A stretch of DNA of 34,402 bases from Candidatus Thorarchaeota archaeon (GTDB lineage Archaea > Asgardarchaeota > Thorarchaeia > Thorarchaeales > Thorarchaeaceae): the NCBI GenBank assembly GCA_048884785.1, contig JBHLQM010000035.1:1-34402 (forward strand), given 5' to 3'. The position numbers were made by a program, and so were the translations under genes. Positions within the stretch are counted from its first letter, which is position 1, and each line of letters begins with the position of its first letter. Below are positions 25,572 to 34,402 of the stretch, one piece after another. The notes beneath the pieces were generated by a model. The model saw nothing but the letters and a program-made list of their open reading frames with translations, was not told the origin of the DNA and did not search any database.

Positions 25572-27164
25572 TCACTCCTCAGACCTAATGACCTCTCCTA
25601 GGAGAAGGCCAGGGCTCAGCACCTCAACCACCTCGATATCTAGAAGCGTCCCTGCTGTCCATCCTCCTTTGACTGTCATCAATGGTCCTTCGCCTAATGG
25701 ATATAATATGGTGTAGCCATGCCTTTCCCATGAGGGTTCAGCTGCGATTCCTCTTATATGTTGGCCAACATAGTCGACCTTCTTCTCTCGATTTATTCTA
25801 GCAGCCTCGATGCGCAGAGGCTCAGAAAGCGGATCGGTGGGACTGGGAGATGGATGTTCAGCAAATGCAGAATCAGGAAGAGGACGAAACCCATAGAGAA
25901 TAATTCTTTCCGCCCCTGCTTCTGCCACTAGTCGCATGATTCTTTTGGATTCTTCAACTGTTTGTTCGGTTTCGCCAGGTAAGCCATAAATAAAGTACAC
26001 AAAAGGCGTCATACCATATTTGCGTGCGAGCCGAACAGATCTAACAACGTCCTCGGGAGTTCCGCATTTGCCAATCTGTTTTGAGTGTATCTCAGAACCA
26101 GTTTCAAGACCGATATTGGGAGATGATGCACCAATGACATCAGAGAGACGTTTGGCAACTTCTTCGGTGAATAGACAAGCTTTCATGTTTTCAATTGAGA
26201 GATAGGCTTCCTTTGATGCAATTTGTATGAGATTCTGAATTCTTTCAACTAGAGCTACAATTGCATCAATATTTGCAACAGGAATACATGGTGATGTCAG
26301 GGGTTCTGATCCGCGAAAGTAATCAAGAAAATCAGGGGCTTCTAAAACAACCCTTCTCACGCCTAATTCAAGGAGCTCTTCAACTTCCTGAACAATGGAA
26401 TCTGTTTCACGACTACGAGGAGGTCCCCAGACTGTGGGAACGCTGCAGAATCCGCATCCCGGATTTATTTCCTCAGGGCAAATTGTACGCTGAAATGAAT
26501 CTTCAGATGTACAATTGCTGCAATCTGTGCATTCACGGCCGTCAGGAAGAGGGAGAGTTGTTCGCCCATAATTGGAACATCCTCTTATCACCTCAACATA
26601 CACCTTACTTGCTTGATATGCTGGATAATCTACAATACGAGTTGTCGAAGGGAAGAATCGCTTCCAAAGTGTGCGCGATAGGAGTGGGGCACGTACCGGA
26701 GTCACTTTAGGAATAGCGCCTTCGAAAAATCCAATCCCCTGGACTACCGAGAGATCAATATCCTCATCTAGATAGTTTTTTTTGATTAGTTCTGTCAGCG
26801 TTTCCTCTCCTTCACCCCATACAAGAACATCAGGTTTCACTGACTTTAGAATCGGAATGGTATCAGATGCAATAGGTCCACCAAGAATTATCCGACCCGA
26901 GCGATTGTGTTTTCTCCAAATTAATACAATCTGTTTCACGATCGGCAGGTCCATAGTCATTCCGCTGATGGCAACATGGCTAAACCTTCGAATCATGCGA
27001 GGTGATTTGATAATAGACTCTGACCGAACTATCCTGCAAGAGAGTTTCTGAGATTCAAAAATCCCTGCTACGGCTCTAGGTCCACAACCAATTGAATCGC
27101 GGGAACTCAGCCGCTTTCCGATACCAGCACTTAATGCATCAACAATAATGATAGGATCTGTCAT
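25572..27164 (-). CDS. Radical SAM protein with B12-binding-like N-terminal domain and TRAM-like C-terminus
   Basis: ILGGP, GEGE, EVIRGC...GCGFC, IGLETGS, YFIYGLPGET. Confidence 0.85.
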   Translation of the reverse strand: MTDPIIIVDALSAGIGKRLSSRDSIGCGPRAVAGIFESQKLSCRIVRSESIIKSPRMIRRFSHVAISGMTMDLPIVKQIVLIWRKHNRSGRIILGGPIASDTIPILKSVKPDVLVWGEGEETLTELIKKNYLDEDIDLSVVQGIGFFEGAIPKVTPVRAPLLSRTLWKRFFPSTTRIVDYPAYQASKVYVEVIRGCSNYGRTTLPLPDGRECTDCSNCTSEDSFQRTICPEEINPGCGFCSVPTVWGPPRSRETDSIVQEVEELLELGVRRVVLEAPDFLDYFRGSEPLTSPCIPVANIDAIVALVERIQNLIQIASKEAYLSIENMKACLFTEEVAKRLSDVIGASSPNIGLETGSEIHSKQIGKCGTPEDVVRSVRLARKYGMTPFVYFIYGLPGETEQTVEESKRIMRLVAEAGAERIILYGFRPLPDSAFAEHPSPSPTDPLSEPLRIEAARINREKKVDYVGQHIRGIAAEPSWERHGYTILYPLGEGPLMTVKGGWTAGTLLDIEVVEVLSPGLLLGEVIRSEE

Positions 27165-27306
27165 ACTCTACAATTATCGAATGATGCCTTCTCTCTTTAC
27201 TCTTATTAATGGGCCTAAAAGACTCCAAGACACAACTTATATGGGGCATCGCAAACATAATTTACCTAGCAAAGTGCTAAACTAACATTAAGGAGTAAGT
27301 AACTTA

Positions 27307-27648
27307 GTGTCTGATGAAGGCGGAATATGTTCAAACTGTGGCCTCCCTGTAGACCTATGTGTCTGCGAAACAATCGCGCAGGAAGAGACCCGAATTACTG
27401 TGAATATCGAACGACGAAAGTGGGGCCGACTCTATACCGTTATAGAAGGGTTCGACAAGAATATCGACTTGGCGGAATTGTCCTCCAAATTGAAGAGCAA
27501 ACTGGCATGTGGTGGTGCTGCAAAGCACGGTCATGTAGAACTTCAGGGTGATCATCGGGGTGTCATCGTTGATGTACTCACGAAACTCGGCTTTCCAGCC
27601 GATCAAGTTGTCGTAGACTGGAGTTTCACTGCAGGAAGAAATAGGTAA
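27307..27648 (+). CDS. Translation initiation factor aIF1 (SUI1)
   Basis: CSNCGLP.DLCVC N-terminal motif, LKSKLACGG, ELQGDH. Confidence 0.93.
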   Translation: MSDEGGICSNCGLPVDLCVCETIAQEETRITVNIERRKWGRLYTVIEGFDKNIDLAELSSKLKSKLACGGAAKHGHVELQGDHRGVIVDVLTKLGFPADQVVVDWSFTAGRNR

Positions 27649-27702
27649 GGTAAAGGTAGACGGACAAATTGGTCTGTCTAATTCTTTACTATTCATTCAG
27701 AG

Positions 27703-28668
27703 TTATGACATAGACAGAGTGTCAATTCCTAGACGCTTCACAATCTCCTTGTAGCGATTTCTAACTGTCACCTCTGTTACACGGGCAACTTCAGCAATCT
27801 CTCTTTGAGTTCTTCGCTCATCTAGCATTATTGATGCTACGTATATCGCAGCTGCGGCCAAACCAAGTGGATCGCGTCCAATTGTAAGTCCAATGTCACG
27901 ACTTTGTTTGAGAATTTCAACGGTTCTCAATTGCACAGTACTAGAAAGAGAGAGTTCCGTCGCAAAACGAGATATGTAATCAATTGGATTTGACAAAGGT
28001 ATCTGAACTGTTAGCTTTCTCAGTAGTAGACGATAGCACTGTCCTAGCTTCTTTTTGTCAACTCTCGAGGCATCAGCAACCTCATCAAGAGGTCGTGGTT
28101 TCTGACGTATCCGACAAGCTGCGTATAGGGTGGCCGCGACCATAGCCTCGATTGACCGTCCTCTAACAAGCTTCTTCATAATGGATTTTCGGTAGAGAAG
28201 CGCGGCGAGCTCTCGAATGGGTTTCGGAATCCCTAGCTGTGAAGAGAGTCGCTCAAGTTCAGACATTGCCTGTGCGAGATTTCTATCTAGAGAGCTATGA
28301 ACACGTGACCGTATCTGCCACTTTCGTAGACGATAGATCTCTGAACGACGGGTTGGGGTTAGTTTCTTTCCTGACATATCCCTATCCCGCCAGTCAATAA
28401 TCGTAGAGAGTCCTTTATCATGCACAGTGTATCTCATGGGGGCTCCAACCCTACTTCGAGCATCTGATTCCTCAGAACTAAAAGCCCTCCACTCAGCACC
28501 AGTATCTATTCTATGGTCTGATAAAACAAGACCACATTCAGAACATACCTTCTCGCCACGAGTCAAATCCTCGACTAGGGATGCCGAACCACATTCTGAA
28601 CATGTGGTAGTCAGCTCGGTCGTCTTGGACGACCCCTTCCTAGGTGATGCTCCATCCAACTGATCCAC
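27703..28668 (-). CDS. tfb: Transcription initiation factor IIB (TFB), copy 2
   Basis: CSECG...CSECG, GAEWRAF...RSRVG, HDKGLST.I, RNLAQA.SEL.R, VTEVTVRNRYKE; SD GGAGG before GTG. Confidence 0.96.
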   Translation of the reverse strand: MDQLDGASPRKGSSKTTELTTTCSECGSASLVEDLTRGEKVCSECGLVLSDHRIDTGAEWRAFSSEESDARSRVGAPMRYTVHDKGLSTIIDWRDRDMSGKKLTPTRRSEIYRLRKWQIRSRVHSSLDRNLAQAMSELERLSSQLGIPKPIRELAALLYRKSIMKKLVRGRSIEAMVAATLYAACRIRQKPRPLDEVADASRVDKKKLGQCYRLLLRKLTVQIPLSNPIDYISRFATELSLSSTVQLRTVEILKQSRDIGLTIGRDPLGLAAAAIYVASIMLDERRTQREIAEVARVTEVTVRNRYKEIVKRLGIDTLSMS

Positions 28669-28866
28669 GAATGTGCCTCCTAACCCTTCGAGCTAGGTTA
28701 TGCCTGCCAGTAATCATGGAACAGTCATAGATATAGAAGACAGTCTCCCAAGCCCACTTTTATTTAAAATGAGAATATGCTTTTAATGATTGTGGGAAAA
28801 CGAATTTTACATCGTCAGGTCACGAACCACAATGAAACATGATTGCCAACATCTTGGCGGACTCAG

Positions 28867-29799
28867 CTACGTAGTCTGAATGCGACCGCCCTTAGCGACA
28901 ATTACAGTATGTTCGTGTTGAGCAACAAACTCTCCCTTCTCTTCTGCAAGGATGTGATGGGCCAGCAATGCTCCGCTGTGAGATAGCTCACGAATAGCCA
29001 TCTTCATTGTGGCATGATTCATCCTCTCTGCCAGCCAGCGTTCCGCAAATGGGAACTCACCATAATCTTTCCTTGCAATTCCGAGGAACTGCTTTGTGCC
29101 TTTGAATCGAACCGGAACTCTCATTGGTAAGAGCTGAAAGATTAAAGGATTGGGGAGGTCAGTCACATTCCCGGATCCTGTCGATGCGAATGTTTCAACC
29201 GCGTACACTTCACCCTCTTCTATGAGAATCTCTGATTTGCCTGCGATGCATGGAACCTGCTTTTCCGCGTGAAGCTCATACTCATTCATTTGATGCCCTG
29301 AGAGCTGTTTGATTGGCCTGTATCCTGCATTTGTAATTGTATCCTCGATTAGGGCACCTATAGTATTGAGTTTCGCACCCGGACGCATCATCTTGATGGC
29401 AAGTGTTGTTGCTTCTTCTGCTGCTTTTACAAGCCCTTCGTGATCCGGGTTGAGTGCAACTGTGAATGCTGAGTCAGAGATGCAGCCATCAATATGTGCG
29501 CCTACATCAACAGTAACAAGGTCTCCTTCAGCTATAACAGTTTCATCGTTAAGCGGTGATGTATAGTGAGCTGCAACATTGTTTAGTGCGACATTGCATG
29601 GAAAGGCGATTCCTGTTGCGTTCTCAAGAATATAGTTCTCGGCTGTAGTAACTATATCAAGTAGCTTTGCTCCTGGCTGCACCATTGGACGAACGAGCTT
29701 CAAGGCATCTCGCGCTACAACTCCTGCACGTTTCCATTTTTCCCAGGGGTCACTCGAATCTTCCTTTGGTTGTTCGTCTTTTGGTTTTTCTTTGGGCAT
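28867..29799 (-). CDS. map: Methionine aminopeptidase type II
   Basis: AFPCN..N..AAHYT, D.GAHIDG..SD.A, GH, E.FAS.G, AQ.EHT; SD AGGTGA favours the MPKEK start. Confidence 0.95.
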   Translation of the reverse strand: MPKEKPKDEQPKEDSSDPWEKWKRAGVVARDALKLVRPMVQPGAKLLDIVTTAENYILENATGIAFPCNVALNNVAAHYTSPLNDETVIAEGDLVTVDVGAHIDGCISDSAFTVALNPDHEGLVKAAEEATTLAIKMMRPGAKLNTIGALIEDTITNAGYRPIKQLSGHQMNEYELHAEKQVPCIAGKSEILIEEGEVYAVETFASTGSGNVTDLPNPLIFQLLPMRVPVRFKGTKQFLGIARKDYGEFPFAERWLAERMNHATMKMAIRELSHSGALLAHHILAEEKGEFVAQHEHTVIVAKGGRIQTT

Positions 29800-29886
29800 T
29801 ATTTTCACCTTGCACTGATGTTCGCTGGTCATTGCATGTACACATAAAATTGACGGAATGTCTTTGCGCAGAGATTGGAGTGTCTA

Positions 29887-30282
29887 TTATGAGAGAGTCT
29901 GCGCAATTTGCCTTGCGATTTTGCTGAGCATGAAGAAAAGATATCCTAGATTGACCTTGCGGTTAGTGAGAACCGCCAGAATTGCGTCATCGCCTGCGCC
30001 ACCAATGATGACATACCCGTTATCACCTTCGATGAGCATGCGGACCAAAGGGCCTCTCCTGAGTTCTTTGAAGACTTTTGCGGTTGCCATCTGTATCTGA
30101 GTTGTTCGCCCTGCAATTACTTCTTCGTCCGGAATAACGCCTGCGACCTCATTTGATGGATAATGAGAACAGATAGTGAGACCCTGAGACCTCGATATAA
30201 TGAGGCTCGCTTGGATGTTATTCTGGGAGGCTCTACTTAGATCTTCAAGCAGTCCAGTTAGTATCTCGGTCTTTGAGGACAC
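29887..30282 (-). CDS. Roadblock/LC7 (MglB/LAMTOR-like) domain protein
   Basis: I.ASLII...GL.I, EL.RG.L....IEG..GY, AIL.VL......NLG; 131 aa. Confidence 0.88.
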   Translation of the reverse strand: MSSKTEILTGLLEDLSRASQNNIQASLIISRSQGLTICSHYPSNEVAGVIPDEEVIAGRTTQIQMATAKVFKELRRGPLVRMLIEGDNGYVIIGGAGDDAILAVLTNRKVNLGYLFFMLSKIARQIAQTLS

Positions 30283-30366
30283 GATGCGATTCCTCCCTGA
30301 GCAGGGTTATTCTCAGTCTTGGTTGACTAGTATTTAAACATTGATTAGATACAATAATTCTTGATA

Positions 30367-31140
30367 CTATATACGTTTAGCCCCAGCAGCCTTTAATCCT
30401 TCAACTCTCTTCTTGAGGCCTGCACCATTATCTTTTAGAGCTGTTTTTTCTACATACGTGCCTTGAACAATGATGGATGCACCAGCCTCCACGCCTCTCA
30501 CTACTTCTTCCACTGAATTGAATCCACCCCCAGCAATAATAGGAACCTCGCAGAATTGAGTTATGAGAGATATCATAGGACTGGGAACTCCTCCGCCCTC
30601 GGCCCCGCTTCCAGCTTCTAAGTATACAAGTTTGAATCCCATCAACTCAGCAGCAAGAGCGTACATGAGTGGAATCTTAGGCTTATCACGTGGGAAGGGT
30701 TTGGCATCTCCCACCCAAGAAGCTGTCTTCCCCGGCTCTACCATGAGATATGCCATGGAAATTGTTTCAATTTGACTCATCTTGATACCTGGCGCCCCCA
30801 ATGCCTGAGCTCCAACAATCCAGTATGGGTTTGTGCTATTCAATAGGCTCATGAAGAACATTGCATCTGCATGTGCTGAGATACCAGTTATGTTGCCAGG
30901 AAAGAGGATTGTAGGAATTTCAACTGCATCACTCATGGCCTTAACTGATTCGTCTATATAGCCAAAGATTGTGCTGCCGCCAATCATTATTGCATCGCTG
31001 CCCGACTTCTCGGCAATCACGGCAGTCTTGACAACTTCTTCAAGATTTGTTGAAAGGGGATCTGGGTCTAGAAGGGTGAAATGAAGTGCTCCATCACTCG
31101 CCAATTTGTTGGTTATATAATCCCATACTTTTCCGGGCAT
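30367..31140 (-). CDS. Geranylgeranylglyceryl phosphate synthase
   Basis: HFTLLDPD, DAIMIGGS, ILFPG, SLLNS.NPYWI, YLEAGSGA. Confidence 0.93.
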   Translation of the reverse strand: MPGKVWDYITNKLASDGALHFTLLDPDPLSTNLEEVVKTAVIAEKSGSDAIMIGGSTIFGYIDESVKAMSDAVEIPTILFPGNITGISAHADAMFFMSLLNSTNPYWIVGAQALGAPGIKMSQIETISMAYLMVEPGKTASWVGDAKPFPRDKPKIPLMYALAAELMGFKLVYLEAGSGAEGGGVPSPMISLITQFCEVPIIAGGGFNSVEEVVRGVEAGASIIVQGTYVEKTALKDNGAGLKKRVEGLKAAGAKRI

Positions 31141-31225
31141 TGGATGTCCCTCACGGAATCGCAGAAGCGAAACTCGGGTTTTTTACGCTTTTGGTGATAT
31201 CACCCGCCTGCATAAAGCTACTGAT

Positions 31226-31843
31226 TCAAAGACCTGGAAAGAATCGACCCGTTCTCTTCATGTATTCCCTATAAGCTCCCCCAAAGTGATTGAGCAAATG
31301 CTCTTCTTCAATTACCGCAACTTTGTTGTAGCCCCAAAAACCGACTAAGGTTACTAGACTAACTAATGAGGGTAATAGAATCCATAGACCAATAAAACAG
31401 AGAAAGTACGAAGAATATGAGGGGTGTCTTATTTTTGAATAGGGACCTGAGGTGATTAAGCGTTGTTCTTCAGTCATTGCCCAAGAGGTTGCCATCTCAT
31501 GACGAACATATCGAGACCAACCATGAAGGAAGATTCCACAAGACAAGAACACAAGACCAATGAGCCAGATGTAGGGTAAATCGAGGATTGTGAAGAAGAA
31601 ACCCATGCTTGGATTCATTATTTGAAAAATCCACGCAAGTGGAATCAGTCCAACTAGTAGAAATGACAATAGGGTAGATACGGCAACAGCCACCATGGCA
31701 GAACGAGAGATGTGTACTGATGGCTCTCTGAAGTTCGCCGCTTGTGTTAATTGTGTCTTCTTATAGTCCATATAGAGATGTAAGGCGACATCAATCCCAG
31801 CAAGAGTCCCGACAATGGGGCCTGCTATTGATAAATCGACCAT
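31226..31843 (-). CDS. Isoprenylcysteine carboxyl methyltransferase (Ste14/ICMT) family membrane protein
   Basis: LITSGPYSKIRHPSY, EEEHL..FG..Y.EY..RTGRFFP. Confidence 0.85.
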   Translation of the reverse strand: MVDLSIAGPIVGTLAGIDVALHLYMDYKKTQLTQAANFREPSVHISRSAMVAVAVSTLLSFLLVGLIPLAWIFQIMNPSMGFFFTILDLPYIWLIGLVFLSCGIFLHGWSRYVRHEMATSWAMTEEQRLITSGPYSKIRHPSYSSYFLCFIGLWILLPSLVSLVTLVGFWGYNKVAVIEEEHLLNHFGGAYREYMKRTGRFFPGL

Positions 31844-32053
31844 ATCTTACTAAGGAGAACCACGAGATATCTATCTTTCCAGAAGTTCATCAAGAGTCAT
31901 ACTTGACCTCAAAAGGAAGCTCCAATCATTGCTTCGTCACCATAGTGGGAATAATACCGGGCTTCTCAACCTTTATTACCCATTCTGTTTGTCCTTGGAG
32001 AATGGGCTACTTGCGAAATTTGTGCTCACAGGAAATGCAAGGATTGAATCCCG

Positions 32054-34402
32054 ATGACAACAGGCGACCCAGTGCCAGAGAGTAAGGCAGAGTCAGAAAC
32101 AACATCTACAGTTGATGCAGTCAGAATTGGCGTTTTCCCATGCAAATGTGGCAAGAACATTGGCGCGGTTGTAGATATCGATGCTGTTGCGGAATATGCA
32201 AGGACACTGCCGAATGTGGTACATGTTCAGGTAAATACATACACATGTGCGGATCCAGGACAGAAAGAGATTCAGCAAGCGATTCGTGAGCACGGACTAA
32301 ATAGGATTGTAGTTGCATCTTGCAGCCCAACGATGCATGAAAACACATTTCGGAAAACCGTCAAGGTGGCGGGTCTCAACCCCTATCTTTGTGTTATGAC
32401 TAATATCCGAGAACATGTATCATGGGTGCATCGTGATGAACCAGAAGCAGCCACAGAAAAGGCGAAAGAGCTCATTGCCATGTCAGTCGCCCAAGTCCAG
32501 ACACTTGAAGCCCAGCCTGAATTGGATGTTCCTGTTACTCAGGCTGCCATGATTGTGGGGGCAGGAGTTGCTGGCATGCAGGCAGCCCTCGACCTTGGTG
32601 ATATGGGATACAAGGTTTACCTCATCGAGAAGCAACCCACTATAGGTGGAATCATGGCCATACTTGACAAAGTGTTTCCGCAGAATGATTGTAGTATCTG
32701 CATCCTAGGCCCAAAAATGGTCGATGTAATTCAACATCCAAACATCAAGGTCCTTTCTATGGCTGAGGTTCAAGAGGTCTCCGGATATGTTGGCAACTTC
32801 TCTATTAAAGTGAAACAGAAAGCACGTTATGTGGACCCGAACGCTTGTACAGCCTGTGCAGAATGTATTGATGTGTGTCCTGTTGATGTGCCAAGCCGCG
32901 TCGACCAGGATTTGACCTGGCGAAAAGCGATTTACATCCCTTTTCCTCAAGCTGTTCCATCGTCATATCTCATAGACACTGATGCCTGCTTGGGCATGGA
33001 CCTTCTTAGGTGTGGTAAATGCTATGAAAAATGTGAACAGAAGGCAGTAGTTCCAGAAGATAAGGAAAGATTCATTGAGTTTAATGTGGGAGTCATTATT
33101 CTTGCAACCGGCTTCAAGCCAGCCTCTCCAGAAAAGATGCCACGACTTGGCTGGGGAAGGTATCCAAATGTTATTACAACACTTGAATTTGAGCGGTTAA
33201 TCAATGCAGCAGGACCGACGGAAGGAAAGCTAGTATGTCCGTCAAGCCTTCAAAAACCAAAGTCTGTAGCCATAGTTCAATGTGTTGGCTCACGTGATAT
33301 ATCATCACGGTCAGGGTGCTCTAACTTCTGTTGTGCAGAATCTGTGAAGTGTGCTTTACTCATTAAGGAGCATTATCCTGAAACTGAAGTTGTCATATAT
33401 TATCAGGATCTCCGCATGCATGGCAAGTACTTTGAAGATCAATATCTAAAGGCAAGAGAGGAAGGCGTGAAATTCATACGAGGACGAGTAGGGGAAATCC
33501 AAGAGTATCCTCATACAAAACATCTCAGAGTTAGTGTGGAAGACACTACACATAACAAACTTCTGATGACCGATTTTGATATGGTTATTCTATCAATGGG
33601 TGCAGAAGGAACTGCAGGGAATCTTCCTTTGCCAATTTCTGTTACATCGGATTCATTCTATATCGAGTCGCATCCCAAGCTTCGTCCTGTTGACACAAGC
33701 TCTGCGGGAGTTTTCATCTGCGGTGGTGCAGAGTCTCCAAAGGACATTCGGGACTCGGTGATCCAAGCCAGTGCTGCTGCTGGTAGGGCAGCCATTATAC
33801 TTCAAAGAGGACGATATCCAATCGAGGCGCTTAGTGCCAAAATTATGCAGGATCTGTGCTCAAGATGCGGGACCTGTGTTCAGAGATGTCCCTATGGTGC
33901 AATCACTCAGGATGGGACTGGTAAATACACCGTCATGGGAGCTCTTTGTCAGGCATGTGGTACTTGCGCAGGTGACTGTCCGAAAGATGCGATATACATG
34001 CCGAACTTCACAAATGAGCAAATGTTTGCACAGATTGATACTGCTCTCAAAGAGAATCCCGAAGAAAAAATTGTTGCCTTTGCGTGTGCTTTCTGTTCCT
34101 ACCGAGGCTCAGACCTAGCTGGGGTTTCTCGTATGCAGTATCCAACAAATGCACGAGTCATACGTGCAATGTGTTCAGGAAGGTATTCAACAAAATTCGC
34201 GCAGAAAGCCTTCGAGCTGGGAGCTGGAGCAGTACTATATTCTGGTTGTCATCTGCCTGCCGACTGCCATTTCCAGACAGGAAACGTCTGGATGGCAAAA
34301 AGGGAACCAAGGATTCGAGCGTGGATGAAGAGAAATGATATTGCAGATGAGAGGTTCAGAGTGGAATGGGTGTCTGCGGGGGAGGGCAAGAAGTGGCAGG
34401 GA
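32054..34402 (+). CDS. hdrA: Heterodisulfide reductase subunit A fused to an MvhD [2Fe-2S] domain (runs off window end)
   Basis: Manual translation, open from ATG 32054 to the end: RIGVFPCKCGKNI, ASCSP..HE, NIREH, GAGVAG, DKVFPQNDCSIC, ferredoxin motifs, LEFER, QCVGSRD..CSNFCC, HPKLRPVD, then MvhD motifs FACAFCSY.G.DLAG, MCSGR, GCH...CHF, WVSAGEG. Not in the ORF track. Confidence 0.95.
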   Translation, partial: MTTGDPVPESKAESETTSTVDAVRIGVFPCKCGKNIGAVVDIDAVAEYARTLPNVVHVQVNTYTCADPGQKEIQQAIREHGLNRIVVASCSPTMHENTFRKTVKVAGLNPYLCVMTNIREHVSWVHRDEPEAATEKAKELIAMSVAQVQTLEAQPELDVPVTQAAMIVGAGVAGMQAALDLGDMGYKVYLIEKQPTIGGIMAILDKVFPQNDCSICILGPKMVDVIQHPNIKVLSMAEVQEVSGYVGNFSIKVKQKARYVDPNACTACAECIDVCPVDVPSRVDQDLTWRKAIYIPFPQAVPSSYLIDTDACLGMDLLRCGKCYEKCEQKAVVPEDKERFIEFNVGVIILATGFKPASPEKMPRLGWGRYPNVITTLEFERLINAAGPTEGKLVCPSSLQKPKSVAIVQCVGSRDISSRSGCSNFCCAESVKCALLIKEHYPETEVVIYYQDLRMHGKYFEDQYLKAREEGVKFIRGRVGEIQEYPHTKHLRVSVEDTTHNKLLMTDFDMVILSMGAEGTAGNLPLPISVTSDSFYIESHPKLRPVDTSSAGVFICGGAESPKDIRDSVIQASAAAGRAAIILQRGRYPIEALSAKIMQDLCSRCGTCVQRCPYGAITQDGTGKYTVMGALCQACGTCAGDCPKDAIYMPNFTNEQMFAQIDTALKENPEEKIVAFACAFCSYRGSDLAGVSRMQYPTNARVIRAMCSGRYSTKFAQKAFELGAGAVLYSGCHLPADCHFQTGNVWMAKREPRIRAWMKRNDIADERFRVEWVSAGEGKKWQG

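Noticed and set aside
447-34338. Numerous short antisense or alternative-frame ORFs in the track (e.g. 14746-15273, 22885-23496, 26261-26710, 33771-34118)
   Set aside because: They are shadows of well-supported genes and have no motifs of their own.
1-34402. Genome-wide TAG (pyrrolysine) or TGA reassignment
   Set aside because: Many conserved genes end at their expected C-termini with TAG (pmbA, tfb, map, GGGPS) or TGA (leuS, endA, spcS); no pyl genes in the window.
1-34402. CRISPR arrays, IS elements, integrases, rRNA, long tandem repeats
   Set aside because: No repeat-spacer periodicity, transposase or integrase motif, terminal inverted repeat pair or rRNA-like tract was seen on manual reading.

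Overview
Gene-dense archaeal chromosome segment, most likely from an Asgard archaeon (Thorarchaeia-like; inferred from gene content: archaeal-type LeuRS, two TFBs, RpoP, aIF1, EndA, GGGP synthase, a Roadblock/LC7 protein, a Get3-like ATPase and a CdvA-like coiled-coil protein). The clearest system is a compact archaeal/eukaryotic-type selenocysteine cluster at about 11.8-16.1 kb: PSTK, a 9/4-fold tRNA-Sec(UCA), an uncharacterised ORF, SepSecS and SelB/eEFSec. No true SelD and no convincing UGA-recoded selenoprotein is visible. An HdrA-MvhD fusion missed by the ORF track (32054 to window end) has Cys at all classical Sec positions. Unexplained features include a ~290-nt highly structured intergenic RNA candidate behind tldD-pmbA, a long hairpin at 7.15-7.23 kb, and a 32-aa single-TM microprotein in frame with and directly behind the Get3-like gene. 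No CRISPR array, transposase or rRNA was seen. All calls come from manual reading and motif recognition; no searches or folding programs were run.
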